Part shown: positions 1 to 7,963 of the stretch, piece after piece | How the letters are laid out: each line of letters begins with the position of its first letter | How positions within the stretch are numbered: the stretch's first letter is position 1 | Source: Thermoplasmata archaeon | GTDB taxonomy: Archaea; Thermoplasmatota; Poseidoniia; Poseidoniales; Thalassarchaeaceae | Length of the DNA stretch: 15,593 nt | NCBI GenBank assembly: GCA_002727675.1 | Contig: PBXQ01000076.1 | Coordinates: 1-15,593 of the forward strand | Direction of reading: 5' to 3' | Notes under the pieces: generated by a model | The model's database searches: none | Seen by the model: the letters and a program-made list of their open reading frames with translations, nothing else | What the model was told of the DNA's origin: nothing | Position numbers and translations under genes: made by a program

Positions 1-841
1 CACGTGTTAAAGCAATCAGAGCATTGCTTGTGTCTTCATCATTTTCACCTTCAACAACAGTATCTCCTGCAACATTAATTCCCTGTTCAATTAACCATTT
101 TGTTGCTTGTGAATCTGATTCCATAAAACTCGGTTCTGGGGAATCTGGATGACGGGATTTAGGCCCCACAAATCTTACATCATATGCATAAAATTCAAGA
201 TGTTCTGCTTTTGCTTTACCTTTCTCAATATGCTTCTGCCTTAATGCACCAGCAGCAAGATTACGGGGGTTAGGAGCGATTTCTGCATATTTTTCATTAA
301 AAATTTCTAAAGGCATTACAACTTCACCTCTAATATGACAATCACCCGCCCATTCTAATTCAAATGGAATATTGGGGATACGTCGTGCATTTGCTGTCAC
401 ATCTTCTCCTCGCTCACCGCTACCTCTTGTAGCGGCACGTACAAGTTTACCCCTACGGTACTCTAATGAAAGAGCGCTACCATCTAATTTTGGTTGAGCA
501 ATGAAACATCTCCCATGAGCTGTAGTTTCAGCAACAAAGTGTTTTATTTCTTCATCGCTAATTGCTTTGTCAAGGCTACGCATTGGAAACATATGATTGA
601 CTTTTTCCGAACCAGGAGGAACATCAGATCCGACTCTTTCAAGTTGAGGATGGTTCGGATCTAAACGCTTTAATTCATCCCATAATTCATCAAACTCTGC
701 ATCTGAAATCTCGGGGTTAGCCTCGTTATAATAAAGATGAGAATGATGGATAATCAAACTTGCTAACTCATTGATACGAGACGCATCGGGATTTGAATGG
801 CTCACACCTTCACCCATCGCGTAGCGATGGGCGCTCATCAT
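1..841 (-). CDS. ligA: NAD+-dependent DNA ligase LigA, N-terminal ~280 aa (gene continues past window start)
   Basis: My translation of the minus strand from the ATG at 841-839 (a second ATG lies at 838-836). It begins MMSAHRYAMGEG...IIHHSHLYYNEANPEISDAEFDELWDELKRLDPNHPQLERVGSD...NHMFPMRSLDKA...AQPKLDGSALSLEYRRGKLVRAATRGSGERGEDVTANARRIPNIPFEL...RGEVVMPLEIFNE...APNPRNLAAGALRQK. These match the LigA Ia domain and the adenylation domain, including the KxDG lysine motif (KLDG) and the ATRGDG-GED-like motif, from my recollection of E. coli LigA. There is no stop before position 1, so the ORF is absent from the supplied track. Confidence 0.85.
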   Translation of the reverse strand, partial: MMSAHRYAMGEGVSHSNPDASRINELASLIIHHSHLYYNEANPEISDAEFDELWDELKRLDPNHPQLERVGSDVPPGSEKVNHMFPMRSLDKAISDEEIKHFVAETTAHGRCFIAQPKLDGSALSLEYRRGKLVRAATRGSGERGEDVTANARRIPNIPFELEWAGDCHIRGEVVMPLEIFNEKYAEIAPNPRNLAAGALRQKHIEKGKAKAEHLEFYAYDVRFVGPKSRHPDSPEPSFMESDSQATKWLIEQGINVAGDTVVEGENDEDTSNALIALTR

Positions 842-864
842 TGAAAAGGACACCGTTTGTAAAT

Positions 865-872
865 TATTTATA
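865..872 (-). promoter_or_regulatory. Archaeal TATA box (TATAAATA) for ligA, consistent with a leaderless transcript
   Basis: Minus strand reads gaagaatgattgTATAAATAATTTACAAACGGTGTCCTTTTCA-ATG. The TATA centre is ~27 nt upstream of the ATG at 841, the classic TBP/TFB spacing for a transcription start at or near the start codon. No SD-like motif lies between. Confidence 0.4.
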
Positions 873-875
873 CAA

Positions 876-1223
876 TCATTCTTCAGAATCAGAAACAAAA
901 AGATGCCACTCATCTCCTTGTAATGCCTCAATACGAGCAGAAACTTGCTCTAAATCAGCCAATGAGCCACCTAATGGCATAGGAGCAAAAATCCACCAAC
1001 CTTTACGTTGGAGGACAATCCTATTTCCTCCATCCCAATTTACCCACCTTAACATATCCCATGAATATTGAAAACCATCAGCGAATAGATGGGTTTTGCT
1101 TATAGCATATCTTTTTGGTAACATTAACCAAACACAATGTAATCCAAGTAAAATATCAAAAACAATTACTGAATAAATTGGAGTTGAACTAATTTCAACA
1201 AATGGCCAAGGTAAAGCCATCAT
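876..1223 (-). CDS. Small membrane protein (TM helix plus ~70-aa soluble C-terminal domain). It may carry an N-terminal extension with a second TM helix reaching toward 1436, and is possibly bPH_2/YdbS-like.
   Basis: ORF-track protein MMALPWPFVEISSTPIYSVIVFDILLGLHCVWLMLPKRY... has one clear TM segment immediately followed by a 'KRYxIS...DG' stretch. The same frame is open with no stop for 71 further codons upstream (1224-1436), encoding another hydrophobic helix (PIAVAWFVVCLVGVIVIY). That stretch has no ATG, GTG or TTG. Confidence 0.5.
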   Translation of the reverse strand: MMALPWPFVEISSTPIYSVIVFDILLGLHCVWLMLPKRYAISKTHLFADGFQYSWDMLRWVNWDGGNRIVLQRKGWWIFAPMPLGGSLADLEQVSARIEALQGDEWHLFVSDSEE

Positions 1224-1436
1224 AATACCAAGAGTGGCTAATGATGTACCATTTCTCAGTACTTCACGATTAGAACTGCTTTCCCAAGCATAGCCACCAG
1301 AATCAAGTGAGCCAAGTTTTGTTATTTCTTCACGGGTACGAAATAAACGATATCCGTCATATATTACTATGACACCAACTAAACATACAACAAACCAAGC
1401 AACCGCAATAGGTTGAGAAATTGACAGTAAAACACC

Positions 1437-4400
1437 TCAGTTAATTTCTTCGCCACCAAATTCATCGCGTGATGCTCGTAAAAAGATGATTACAACCGCA
1501 ATTATTAGAATTAATATTGGTAATATTACTGATGGTGAAAATAAACCACTACTACTACCCTCATTATCTAAACTTGAAATTGCTGGATCTAATGGATTGG
1601 GGTCTACATTGTCTAAAGTACCATCGTTATCATCATCATCATCTTCTAATAACGTGGTTTCACAATTAGGTAGTAAGGAATTAGGTAACCCATCCATATC
1701 AAAATCTGAATGAGCACAAGGGTCTGTAGGAAATGAATCACGATCATCTGGGATATTGTCGTTATCATCATCCGTATCATAAACATCAGGTCCACAATAT
1801 CTGTCTTCTACTAAATCATACCAAGCATTGGGCCCATTTATTGAACATGAAGGAATGAAGTCATTGTCAGCATCATCAAGGACAACAGTAATTGTTACCA
1901 TATCCTCTGAAATACCACCCCAAGCATCAGTCACAACTACTGTTACAATGTAAACACCAACTTCACCAATATACTCAACTTCTCCGGTTTCGCCAGTAAA
2001 TAATTGATTACCAGGAGGATTATCTCCTTGTGGCCTTAAGTACCAAACATAAGATAATTCATCCCCCATTAACGAGTCTAAATCTTGACCTAATGCAGAA
2101 AATTCAACGCTTTCTCCTTCTTGTACTTCAATGCCATTATTTGGTTGTGTAATATTCACAATTGGATTTAAATTCTTAACAAGAGTTGCAGTCACATTAC
2201 GAGAAGAGTATTGTGTTGGTAAAAATGAGCCTTCACCTTCGATAAATGTTGGCGCATTTGCTCTCCATGTAGCTGAAGCTGTACTTGATGTCCCATTCGA
2301 TGTCCAACTTTGGAATATTAATGGGATTGATGCGCTTCCATCACTAGTATTTGCAACAACAGATTGTTCAGGAACAACATCACCAAAAGTAGGTGTTGTA
2401 ACTTCTATTGTTGCATCAGTAATTGGCTCAGAATCACCCATTACAATAATTTCCCATATAGAACCAAACAATAGGGATGCGGAACCCAAAATTGTCACTT
2501 GAGATGTATCAAATGAAACAGGGTCCCAAATTTCTGCTGAAAGCATTTTTATTCCATTCAATTCTATTGCACCCTCTATTGTTTCACCAATTGATACAAA
2601 ACCTAATCTTTCTGATGAATAAGCAGTAGTGGAATGATGGTGATTTGAGGTGAAAATATAAGGGGGCATCTCAAGATCACCTTCTTCACCAACCAAATGT
2701 ACGGAGTTATCATAATTATCAAAATCACAATTATTTATTTGCGATGATTCTGCACGAGCGCCCATTATATCCAAAGCCACACCATCACCATTTCCAATAA
2801 ACTCTACATTAGAAATGACAAACATACTGTGGTCAACTAACATTCCAGGTGCGCCATGAATTATGCTGTCAGATATTACAAACATGTCAGACCATTCTAC
2901 CAATAAAGCTGCTGAATTAGAACCTGATTTTATCTCAATATTATTTACATCTAAAGTAGAATCAACTAATTCAATATGAATCACTGGACCATCACCATTG
3001 TGGCTTGTTCCTATAATATCTGTTACAACACCACTAGCAGCACGTAAATGCATTCCTTTTTCATTATCTGAACCAAATGTCACATTGCTAAAACTTACTA
3101 CAGATTGAGTTAACATAGCACCCACATGACTACATGATTGAATTATGGAATGGCTTACCATTACTTGGCCGCCGTTGCCATTTATACAATAATCAGATTG
3201 ATGGAGTAATGAATTTGAAATGTCTAAAATTCCTAAACCGCTCACATAAAGTGGAGCGTTAGAAAGTATCATCCCATCTATTGATACTTCAGATAAGGAT
3301 GGGCCTGATGTTAATGGAGCGCCTATTAACTGACCACCATTCATATCTACTAGTCCATTTTCACTAAGAGTTATGCCGTTCCAATCACTACCAGTAATTG
3401 TAGCAGAGCTTGATTCTAAAACACCATTTACAGAAATACCACGATTTGATTTTACCGTCAAACTAGAATATGGAAGAAGTGTTAATGTTGTCCCAGACAT
3501 TATTGTCAAATTATCATCTAAATAATAAGGAGAAAAGGCAGCATCTAATCTTAACCATTCTACCAAATATCCACCAGAAACTGAAGACATCATTACATCA
3601 ATGGAAGTAGGATTAACTGGATCCCAACTACGAATTTGGCTATGGCCATTTCTTAGAATATATACTTGTAATAATCCTGTTGAAGAATCAGATACTTCTG
3701 TAACATTTCTATATGTTGCTGAAAATATTGCAATGCCATCTTGATTAGTTAACACTTGATGGCCTTGGACTGTTACAGTTGCGCCTTCAACAGGCATTCC
3801 AAAATCTACCACGCGAATTTGTGCAGCATTACTAAGAGCGACATAACCGCCCATTGATGGATTAATATTACCATTAATTGATCTAGCATAAATGTTCAAA
3901 CTACATGTCTGTTCAAGATAAAAATCACCCTGAACATGTAACCCATACCACTCGTGCAAATCAGATGAACAAGAGTGATAGAAATCATTCATCACAGTTA
4001 ATCCTGCACCAACTCCCTCAATTGCATGTGATCCAGTTGTACGTACTATTGCATTAGTTGAACCGTTTTCTCCAACTAATTTACCACTACCTTGAATGAT
4101 TATTTCACCATTTGATAAAGATAAATCAGCATTTCTCAAAGTCAAAGATGATGCGGTTGAAATTGTCACATTATGGCCTGCTGGGGCAAAATAATTACCA
4201 TCTAATAATACAGCATGAACGCCTGTTGGAATAACCCATTCTCCTGATGTGGGAATAACTGGAAGTTGTAATACACCGTTTGGAGGATTCAAAATATCAC
4301 TAACCCCATACACTCCATCATCTGCTGAAACTTCACTACCACCTTGTAATAATGGTAAAGTTACTTCCCCATTTGAATCAGTTATTTCTGAAAAACCATG

Positions 4401-6140
4401 TGCAGTTACAACAACATCACTTAATTGATTACTTGATAAATCTAAAACAGTAATTGTTGATTCTGTAAATTCATCTGATGTTGCAGTATTGATTCGTGCT
4501 GTTGCCCCACCAAACAAAAGATGGCCGTTTCCTTCTGCATCCCACAAACTGTTTGATGATGTAGATGGGAAATTACGAACTATTGCAGTATTATCAGCAT
4601 CGACCAATAATGTTGGTCCCGAATGGCTTGAACCCACCCAATTATCAATATGTAAATCACCTAATTCTAAATGTACGCCATTTAGGGAATTTCCTGTGAT
4701 TAATGATGATAACTCTACCGAACCACCTTCAATACTAATTCCACTACCTGATGCGACACCACCTAAATGTGAAGTCAATGAACTGCCAGCCACTACACAA
4801 TCAATCCTACACTTGATGCCATCCGACCAGCCAATCAAAGTTAGTGAATTGGACTCAACTGTAGACCATGTAACACCCAAACCAAAAGATGTGGAATCAG
4901 AATACAAATAATTTCGTTGTAAAATAGAGTTGTTGAAAACATGCTTACCACTAACTAATTCTAGACCATTTGAATCTGTTCCTGAAATATTAGAATTCTC
5001 CCAAAATGAATTTACACCAGAAAGATGTCCAAATTCAGATGTTGTTGTAAAAGATGATGAGATTGTATGGATTACACCTGTCCCGCTAACTTCGAATATT
5101 GGACCAGATAACGTCATTTGGCTATTACTAATTGTGTGGATTCCTGAACCAGACAACCTAATTCCTTTTCCATAATTATTGAAATTTGAATTATCTAAAA
5201 CAAATGAACCCACATTATCTACAATAATAGCCCAATCATTTGAATTGACTCCATTAATATCCAAATTATCAAGGAACATATCTGCAATATTTGTACCTAA
5301 AATTAATTGATTTACATTATTTCCAACCACATTAGTAATTTGAAGACCGTCACTACTTATTGAATCAAGGAAAAGTGTTGTATCATAAATTTGCAAATTA
5401 TTGAAATTGAATGATGATGAACCACGCGCAAGAACTGCTATTGACGAATTATCAATTACTAAATTTTGACCACTGCCAGAAGATCCTGTATAAGTTGCAA
5501 TTCCTATACCTGAATTAGAAACTTGTAAACCATTAATGTTTAACAAACCACTATTTTTCACACCATAACTTGAGTTAGAATTGACTAAATTTTGTGCATT
5601 AATCACCCCAGATGATTGAACATTTAGACAAGAAATGTCTATATTTGAGCAAGATACATCATTTAATGTCGCACTTCCTACAGAATTAATACCTGTGTAA
5701 GCATGTTCTATTGACGTGTTAGATATATCTGCACTACCTGAAATATCAAACATATTCCTACCCCTAGAAATAAATAACCAAGATACATCAATATTACCAC
5801 TAGAAGATACTAGAAAACCATCCCACCAACCAGTATTACTGTTCAAACCAATTTGATTATTGTTGTTTGTAATTTGTACTGGTTCGGTTTCCCTACCATC
5901 AATTACTACAGATCCATCTACAGTAATTAGATAATCACCAGTTACTGTAATGTTAGTACCAGGGGAAATTGTCAATGTCCTAGATGGTGATATCAATACA
6001 TTATTATCTATTGTCATATTTCCTGACCATGTAGTATCTGAAGAGATTACTGTTGCTTCAGTTGTAATTGGAAATACAACAAATAATGAAGATACCATCA
6101 ATAATGTTAGAGAAAATGCTCGGGCACGGCCACCACTCAT
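1437..6140 (-). CDS. Giant cell-surface protein (~1567 aa). It has an N-terminal signal peptide, long beta-helix-like (PbH1-type) Asn/Ser/Gly-rich repeats, carboxypeptidase-regulatory-like beta-sandwich domains, a PKD-like domain, acidic thrombospondin-type-3-like Ca-binding repeats and a C-terminal TM anchor with a short cytoplasmic tail.
   Basis: ORF 1437..6185 starts at a TTG. The in-frame ATG at 6140 gives MSGGRARAFSLTLLMVSSLFVVFPITTEA, a signal peptide. The body is full of ...ISNS..., NxSG, GxGIxxxS repeats and dozens of N-x-S/T sequons. The segments VVDFGMPVEGATVTVQGHQVLTNQDGIAIF and GDSEPITDATIEVTTP resemble the CarboxypepD_reg fold. GEVGVYIVTVVVTDAWGGISEDMVTITV resembles PKD. The C-terminus carries DDADNDF...DTDDDNDNIPDDRD...DDDDDNDGTLDNVDPNPLDP (TSP3-like DxDxDG repeats), then PSVILPILILIIAVVIIFL-RASRDEFGGEEIN (TM plus tail). 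Confidence 0.85.
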   Translation of the reverse strand: MSGGRARAFSLTLLMVSSLFVVFPITTEATVISSDTTWSGNMTIDNNVLISPSRTLTISPGTNITVTGDYLITVDGSVVIDGRETEPVQITNNNNQIGLNSNTGWWDGFLVSSSGNIDVSWLFISRGRNMFDISGSADISNTSIEHAYTGINSVGSATLNDVSCSNIDISCLNVQSSGVINAQNLVNSNSSYGVKNSGLLNINGLQVSNSGIGIATYTGSSGSGQNLVIDNSSIAVLARGSSSFNFNNLQIYDTTLFLDSISSDGLQITNVVGNNVNQLILGTNIADMFLDNLDINGVNSNDWAIIVDNVGSFVLDNSNFNNYGKGIRLSGSGIHTISNSQMTLSGPIFEVSGTGVIHTISSSFTTTSEFGHLSGVNSFWENSNISGTDSNGLELVSGKHVFNNSILQRNYLYSDSTSFGLGVTWSTVESNSLTLIGWSDGIKCRIDCVVAGSSLTSHLGGVASGSGISIEGGSVELSSLITGNSLNGVHLELGDLHIDNWVGSSHSGPTLLVDADNTAIVRNFPSTSSNSLWDAEGNGHLLFGGATARINTATSDEFTESTITVLDLSSNQLSDVVVTAHGFSEITDSNGEVTLPLLQGGSEVSADDGVYGVSDILNPPNGVLQLPVIPTSGEWVIPTGVHAVLLDGNYFAPAGHNVTISTASSLTLRNADLSLSNGEIIIQGSGKLVGENGSTNAIVRTTGSHAIEGVGAGLTVMNDFYHSCSSDLHEWYGLHVQGDFYLEQTCSLNIYARSINGNINPSMGGYVALSNAAQIRVVDFGMPVEGATVTVQGHQVLTNQDGIAIFSATYRNVTEVSDSSTGLLQVYILRNGHSQIRSWDPVNPTSIDVMMSSVSGGYLVEWLRLDAAFSPYYLDDNLTIMSGTTLTLLPYSSLTVKSNRGISVNGVLESSSATITGSDWNGITLSENGLVDMNGGQLIGAPLTSGPSLSEVSIDGMILSNAPLYVSGLGILDISNSLLHQSDYCINGNGGQVMVSHSIIQSCSHVGAMLTQSVVSFSNVTFGSDNEKGMHLRAASGVVTDIIGTSHNGDGPVIHIELVDSTLDVNNIEIKSGSNSAALLVEWSDMFVISDSIIHGAPGMLVDHSMFVISNVEFIGNGDGVALDIMGARAESSQINNCDFDNYDNSVHLVGEEGDLEMPPYIFTSNHHHSTTAYSSERLGFVSIGETIEGAIELNGIKMLSAEIWDPVSFDTSQVTILGSASLLFGSIWEIIVMGDSEPITDATIEVTTPTFGDVVPEQSVVANTSDGSASIPLIFQSWTSNGTSSTASATWRANAPTFIEGEGSFLPTQYSSRNVTATLVKNLNPIVNITQPNNGIEVQEGESVEFSALGQDLDSLMGDELSYVWYLRPQGDNPPGNQLFTGETGEVEYIGEVGVYIVTVVVTDAWGGISEDMVTITVVLDDADNDFIPSCSINGPNAWYDLVEDRYCGPDVYDTDDDNDNIPDDRDSFPTDPCAHSDFDMDGLPNSLLPNCETTLLEDDDDDNDGTLDNVDPNPLDPAISSLDNEGSSSGLFSPSVILPILILIIAVVIIFLRASRDEFGGEEIN

Positions 6141-6142
6141 AA

Positions 6143-6164
6143 CATCCCGATGGGATGCCCCCCC
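6143..6164 (-). promoter_or_regulatory. 5'-UTR element of the giant gene: a G7 run (SD-like) followed by a perfect 6-bp-stem hairpin abutting the start codon
   Basis: Minus strand reads ...gttaGGGGGGGCATCCCATCGGGATGtt-ATG. CATCCC/GGGATG form a perfect inverted repeat with a 3-nt loop ending 2 nt before the ATG at 6140. Other genes in the window also have poly-G or GGAGG-like SD motifs: rpoN GGTGAGGTGA, rpl18e GAGGGAG, flotillin GAGGAG, aminotransferase GGGGGG. Confidence 0.3.
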
Positions 6165-6207
6165 TAACAATATCTTCGCTCTCAAGTCAAACTAACAAAT
6201 GCTAGAG

Positions 6208-6282
6208 TGGGCCCGTCCGGATTTGAACCGGAGTCTAACGGCCCCCAGCCGTCAAGTATAGGCCAAGCTAACCTACGGGCCC
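6208..6282 (-). tRNA. tRNA-Pro (anticodon GGG)
   Basis: Minus strand reads GGGCCCG-TA-GGTT...-GACGG-CUGGGGG-CCGUU-AGAC-UCCGG-UUCAAAU-CCGGA-CGGGCCC-A. It has a perfect 7-bp acceptor stem, a 5-bp T stem with a canonical UUCAAAU loop, and an anticodon loop C-U-GGG-G-G (U33, G37). CCA is not encoded. Position immediately 3' of rpoN is the classic archaeal location for tRNA-Pro. Confidence 0.8.
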
Positions 6283-6289
6283 GGTGTAA

Positions 6290-6496
6290 TCAAGGCTGAC
6301 GGTATACTGTGAAAGGAGCAATTTCATCAATCAATTCTACTTGACCTACAAACATTCGACGACAACAATATCGTTCTACTCCTAGATCATTCAGAACTTC
6401 GCCCGCGTCTTCTCCGTTTTCTGTTCTCATCTTATAATCAGACCAATGCTGGCCAATCACATTACCACAACTAAAGCATCTAACTGGTATTAACAT
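6290..6496 (-). CDS. rpoN: DNA-directed RNA polymerase subunit N (Rpo10/RpoN)
   Basis: [15 protein letters not shown]...YCCRRM is the CxxC...CC zinc motif and N-terminal signature of archaeal RpoN/eukaryotic Rpb10. The gene is 68 aa, starts at an ATG preceded by GGTGAGGTGA, and sits directly downstream of rps9 as in the conserved archaeal cluster. Confidence 0.9.
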   Translation of the reverse strand: MLIPVRCFSCGNVIGQHWSDYKMRTENGEDAGEVLNDLGVERYCCRRMFVGQVELIDEIAPFTVYRQP

Positions 6497-6505
6497 ATTT
6501 TCACC

Positions 6506-6958
6506 TCACCTATACGACTTCTGCCACTTTTTACGAGCACCGCGACCTTGTTGGTGCTTAGGCTCTTTGCGTCTTGGATCGTTTACCAATAAACTACGAT
6601 CAAATCTTACAAATTCATCTCTTAGTTCTTCATCGTCACCCTCTGCTCCGCCATTATATTTTACTAAACCACGAGCGATCGCAGTGCGAATTGCATCAAC
6701 TTGACCCATTACACCGCCACCAATTGTAGTGACATTAATGTCTACATTTCCCTTACCTGCATTTTCACCAATTCTGCGCATTGCCTCCGCAATAACAAGA
6801 GGTTCCATTGCCTTACGGCGAGCCAACTCTGGTTGAAGAATTTCTATTGGTTGGCTGTTAACACGAACTCGTCCTTTACCTGGCTTTACTGTAGCGCGAG
6901 CAACTGCTGTCTTTCTCTTGCCACTGGTTTCAACTGATAATTTCTTTTTTCTACCCAT
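6506..6958 (-). CDS. rps9: 30S ribosomal protein S9 (uS9)
   Basis: [29 protein letters not shown]...[10 protein letters not shown] has the Lys/Arg-rich uS9 C-terminal tail ending in R. The start is the ATG at 6958, which overlaps the rpl13 TGA stop as TGATG. The track's TTG at 6961 adds one residue. Confidence 0.9.
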   Translation of the reverse strand: MGRKKKLSVETSGKRKTAVARATVKPGKGRVRVNSQPIEILQPELARRKAMEPLVIAEAMRRIGENAGKGNVDINVTTIGGGVMGQVDAIRTAIARGLVKYNGGAEGDDEELRDEFVRFDRSLLVNDPRRKEPKHQQGRGARKKWQKSYR

Positions 6959-7446
6959 CAATAATCACCCCCTACACGACTCATTGGAGCCCCAAGGTTC
7001 TCTGAAATTTTTCCTAATCTAACAAATTTCTGAGGTAGTGATCTTGTAATCTTGGTAACATCACCATGTTCATGGCCTTCAGGAAGATCTCCGCTTAAAT
7101 GAGCAGGGCAACCGATAGAAACACGAAGATTACGCAAAGCACTGCGACCACTGCTTTTCTTTTGATAAGGTAACATACCCCTTACAGTTCTCTTCAAAAT
7201 CTTATCAGGCATACGAGGAAAGAAAGGTCCTTTCCTTGCATGATTTAATTCGTATTTCTTCCTGTAAGTTGCAAAAACTGCCTTTTTGGAACCGGAAACT
7301 ATTGCATTTTCTGCATTGACAATAATTACTCTGTCTTGATTGCCACTTTTTTGACCTTCAATCAAAATCTTAGCAACATGACTAGCCAAGCGGCCTATTA
7401 TCATATCACTGGCATCAAAAACGTAGGTTTTTGAATCTTCATCCAA
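6958..7446 (-). CDS. rpl13: 50S ribosomal protein L13 (uL13)
   Basis: ...[24 protein letters not shown]...[13 protein letters not shown]... matches the uL13 N-terminal signature (IIGRLAS...VAK...VVN.E...SG). The apparent start is TTG at 7446, overlapping the rpl18e stop by 8 nt. Confidence 0.85.
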   Translation of the reverse strand: MDEDSKTYVFDASDMIIGRLASHVAKILIEGQKSGNQDRVIIVNAENAIVSGSKKAVFATYRKKYELNHARKGPFFPRMPDKILKRTVRGMLPYQKKSSGRSALRNLRVSIGCPAHLSGDLPEGHEHGDVTKITRSLPQKFVRLGKISENLGAPMSRVGGDY

Positions 7447-7804
7447 GAATATACACCCCCTTTCCTTTTGGGTTCTTTTCCATTAGTTCTGCGATTGTCA
7501 TCGTTTTACCGCCAGCCGCCTCGATTTTTTCACGTGCGCCTGAACTGAAGCTAAATGCGGCTACAGTCTGCTTACCATTGACTTCACCACTACCAAGCAA
7601 TTTACCTGGGACAAGAATGTACTTCTCGTCTTGAGCATGCCTGCTTAAGCGGCTAAGGTTTGGTTGCGACCAATTGCTACGACTCTTTTCAAGACGCAAC
7701 GCCACATCTCGCCACAGTGCGGCACCAGTGTTTCGAGACTGATCCTTTAGCAAATCGATTAAATCGATTAAGGCTTCGTTCGTCTTCACTCTTTGTGCAC
7801 TCAT
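7439..7804 (-). CDS. rpl18e: 50S ribosomal protein L18e (eL18), an archaeal/eukaryotic-specific r-protein
   Basis: MSAQRVKTNEALIDLIDLLKDQSRNTGAALWRDVALRLEKSRSNWSQPNLSRL...VPGKLLGSGEVNGKQTVAAFSFSSGAREKIEAAGGKTMTIAELMEKNPKG aligns with archaeal L18e, e.g. the ...VPGKVLG.GE...VAAF.FS..A..KIE.AGG...I.EL...NPKG pattern. Start is ATG, preceded by GAGGGAG. Confidence 0.85.
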   Translation of the reverse strand: MSAQRVKTNEALIDLIDLLKDQSRNTGAALWRDVALRLEKSRSNWSQPNLSRLSRHAQDEKYILVPGKLLGSGEVNGKQTVAAFSFSSGAREKIEAAGGKTMTIAELMEKNPKGKGVYILG

Positions 7805-7877
7805 TGTAACTCCCTCGATGTATTGGGCGACTCGGCGACTTACCGCCCCGTTATGAACCCACCGCGTGGAAATTAAA

Positions 7878-7892
7878 GGCCCCTACGGGGCC
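7878..7892. promoter_or_regulatory. Perfect 15-nt palindrome GGCCCCTACGGGGCC in the divergent intergenic region between the rpl18e operon and the 7964 gene
   Basis: The 6-bp arms GGCCCC/GGGGCC flank TAC. This is a GC-rich island in otherwise AT-rich intergenic DNA. Nearby are a tandem GGCGACT(C/T) direct repeat (~7826-7841) and TATA-like 'catataag' (~7902-7909). Confidence 0.3.
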
Positions 7893-7963
7893 ATTCTTGC
7901 TCATATAAGTGATTAAGGGGCAAATGATTCATACAGAAGACCGGAATCGGGAGAGTGATAGTG

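Noticed and set aside
793-1071. 92-aa plus-strand ORF spanning the ligA start and the small membrane-protein gene
   Set aside because: It is antisense to two better-supported minus-strand genes. Its composition is Ser/His/Cys-rich and random-looking.
1437-1439. Possibility that TGA is recoded (an alternative genetic code) to explain the open frame after the giant gene
   Set aside because: rps9, rpl13 and rpl18e all terminate at TGA at their conserved C-termini, so TGA is a genuine stop in this genome. Local readthrough or a non-AUG start remain possible.
6141-6185. TTG-initiated N-terminal extension of the giant ORF (MRAKILLGGASHRDV...)
   Set aside because: The in-frame ATG at 6140 yields a textbook signal peptide directly. 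The extension would bury it. The G-run and hairpin fit better as 5' UTR.
1486-6195. Multiple 70-140-aa plus-strand ORFs inside the giant gene (1486, 2131, 4489, 4930, 5950)
   Set aside because: They are antisense to a continuous 4.7-kb ORF with strong protein features. They are typical shadow ORFs.
7826-7841. GGCGACTC-GGCGACTT tandem, and AGCCTAC x2 near 14443-14464, considered as CRISPR-like repeats
   Set aside because: There are only two short copies each, with no regular spacers. They are far below CRISPR array criteria and are better described as local leader or terminator structure.
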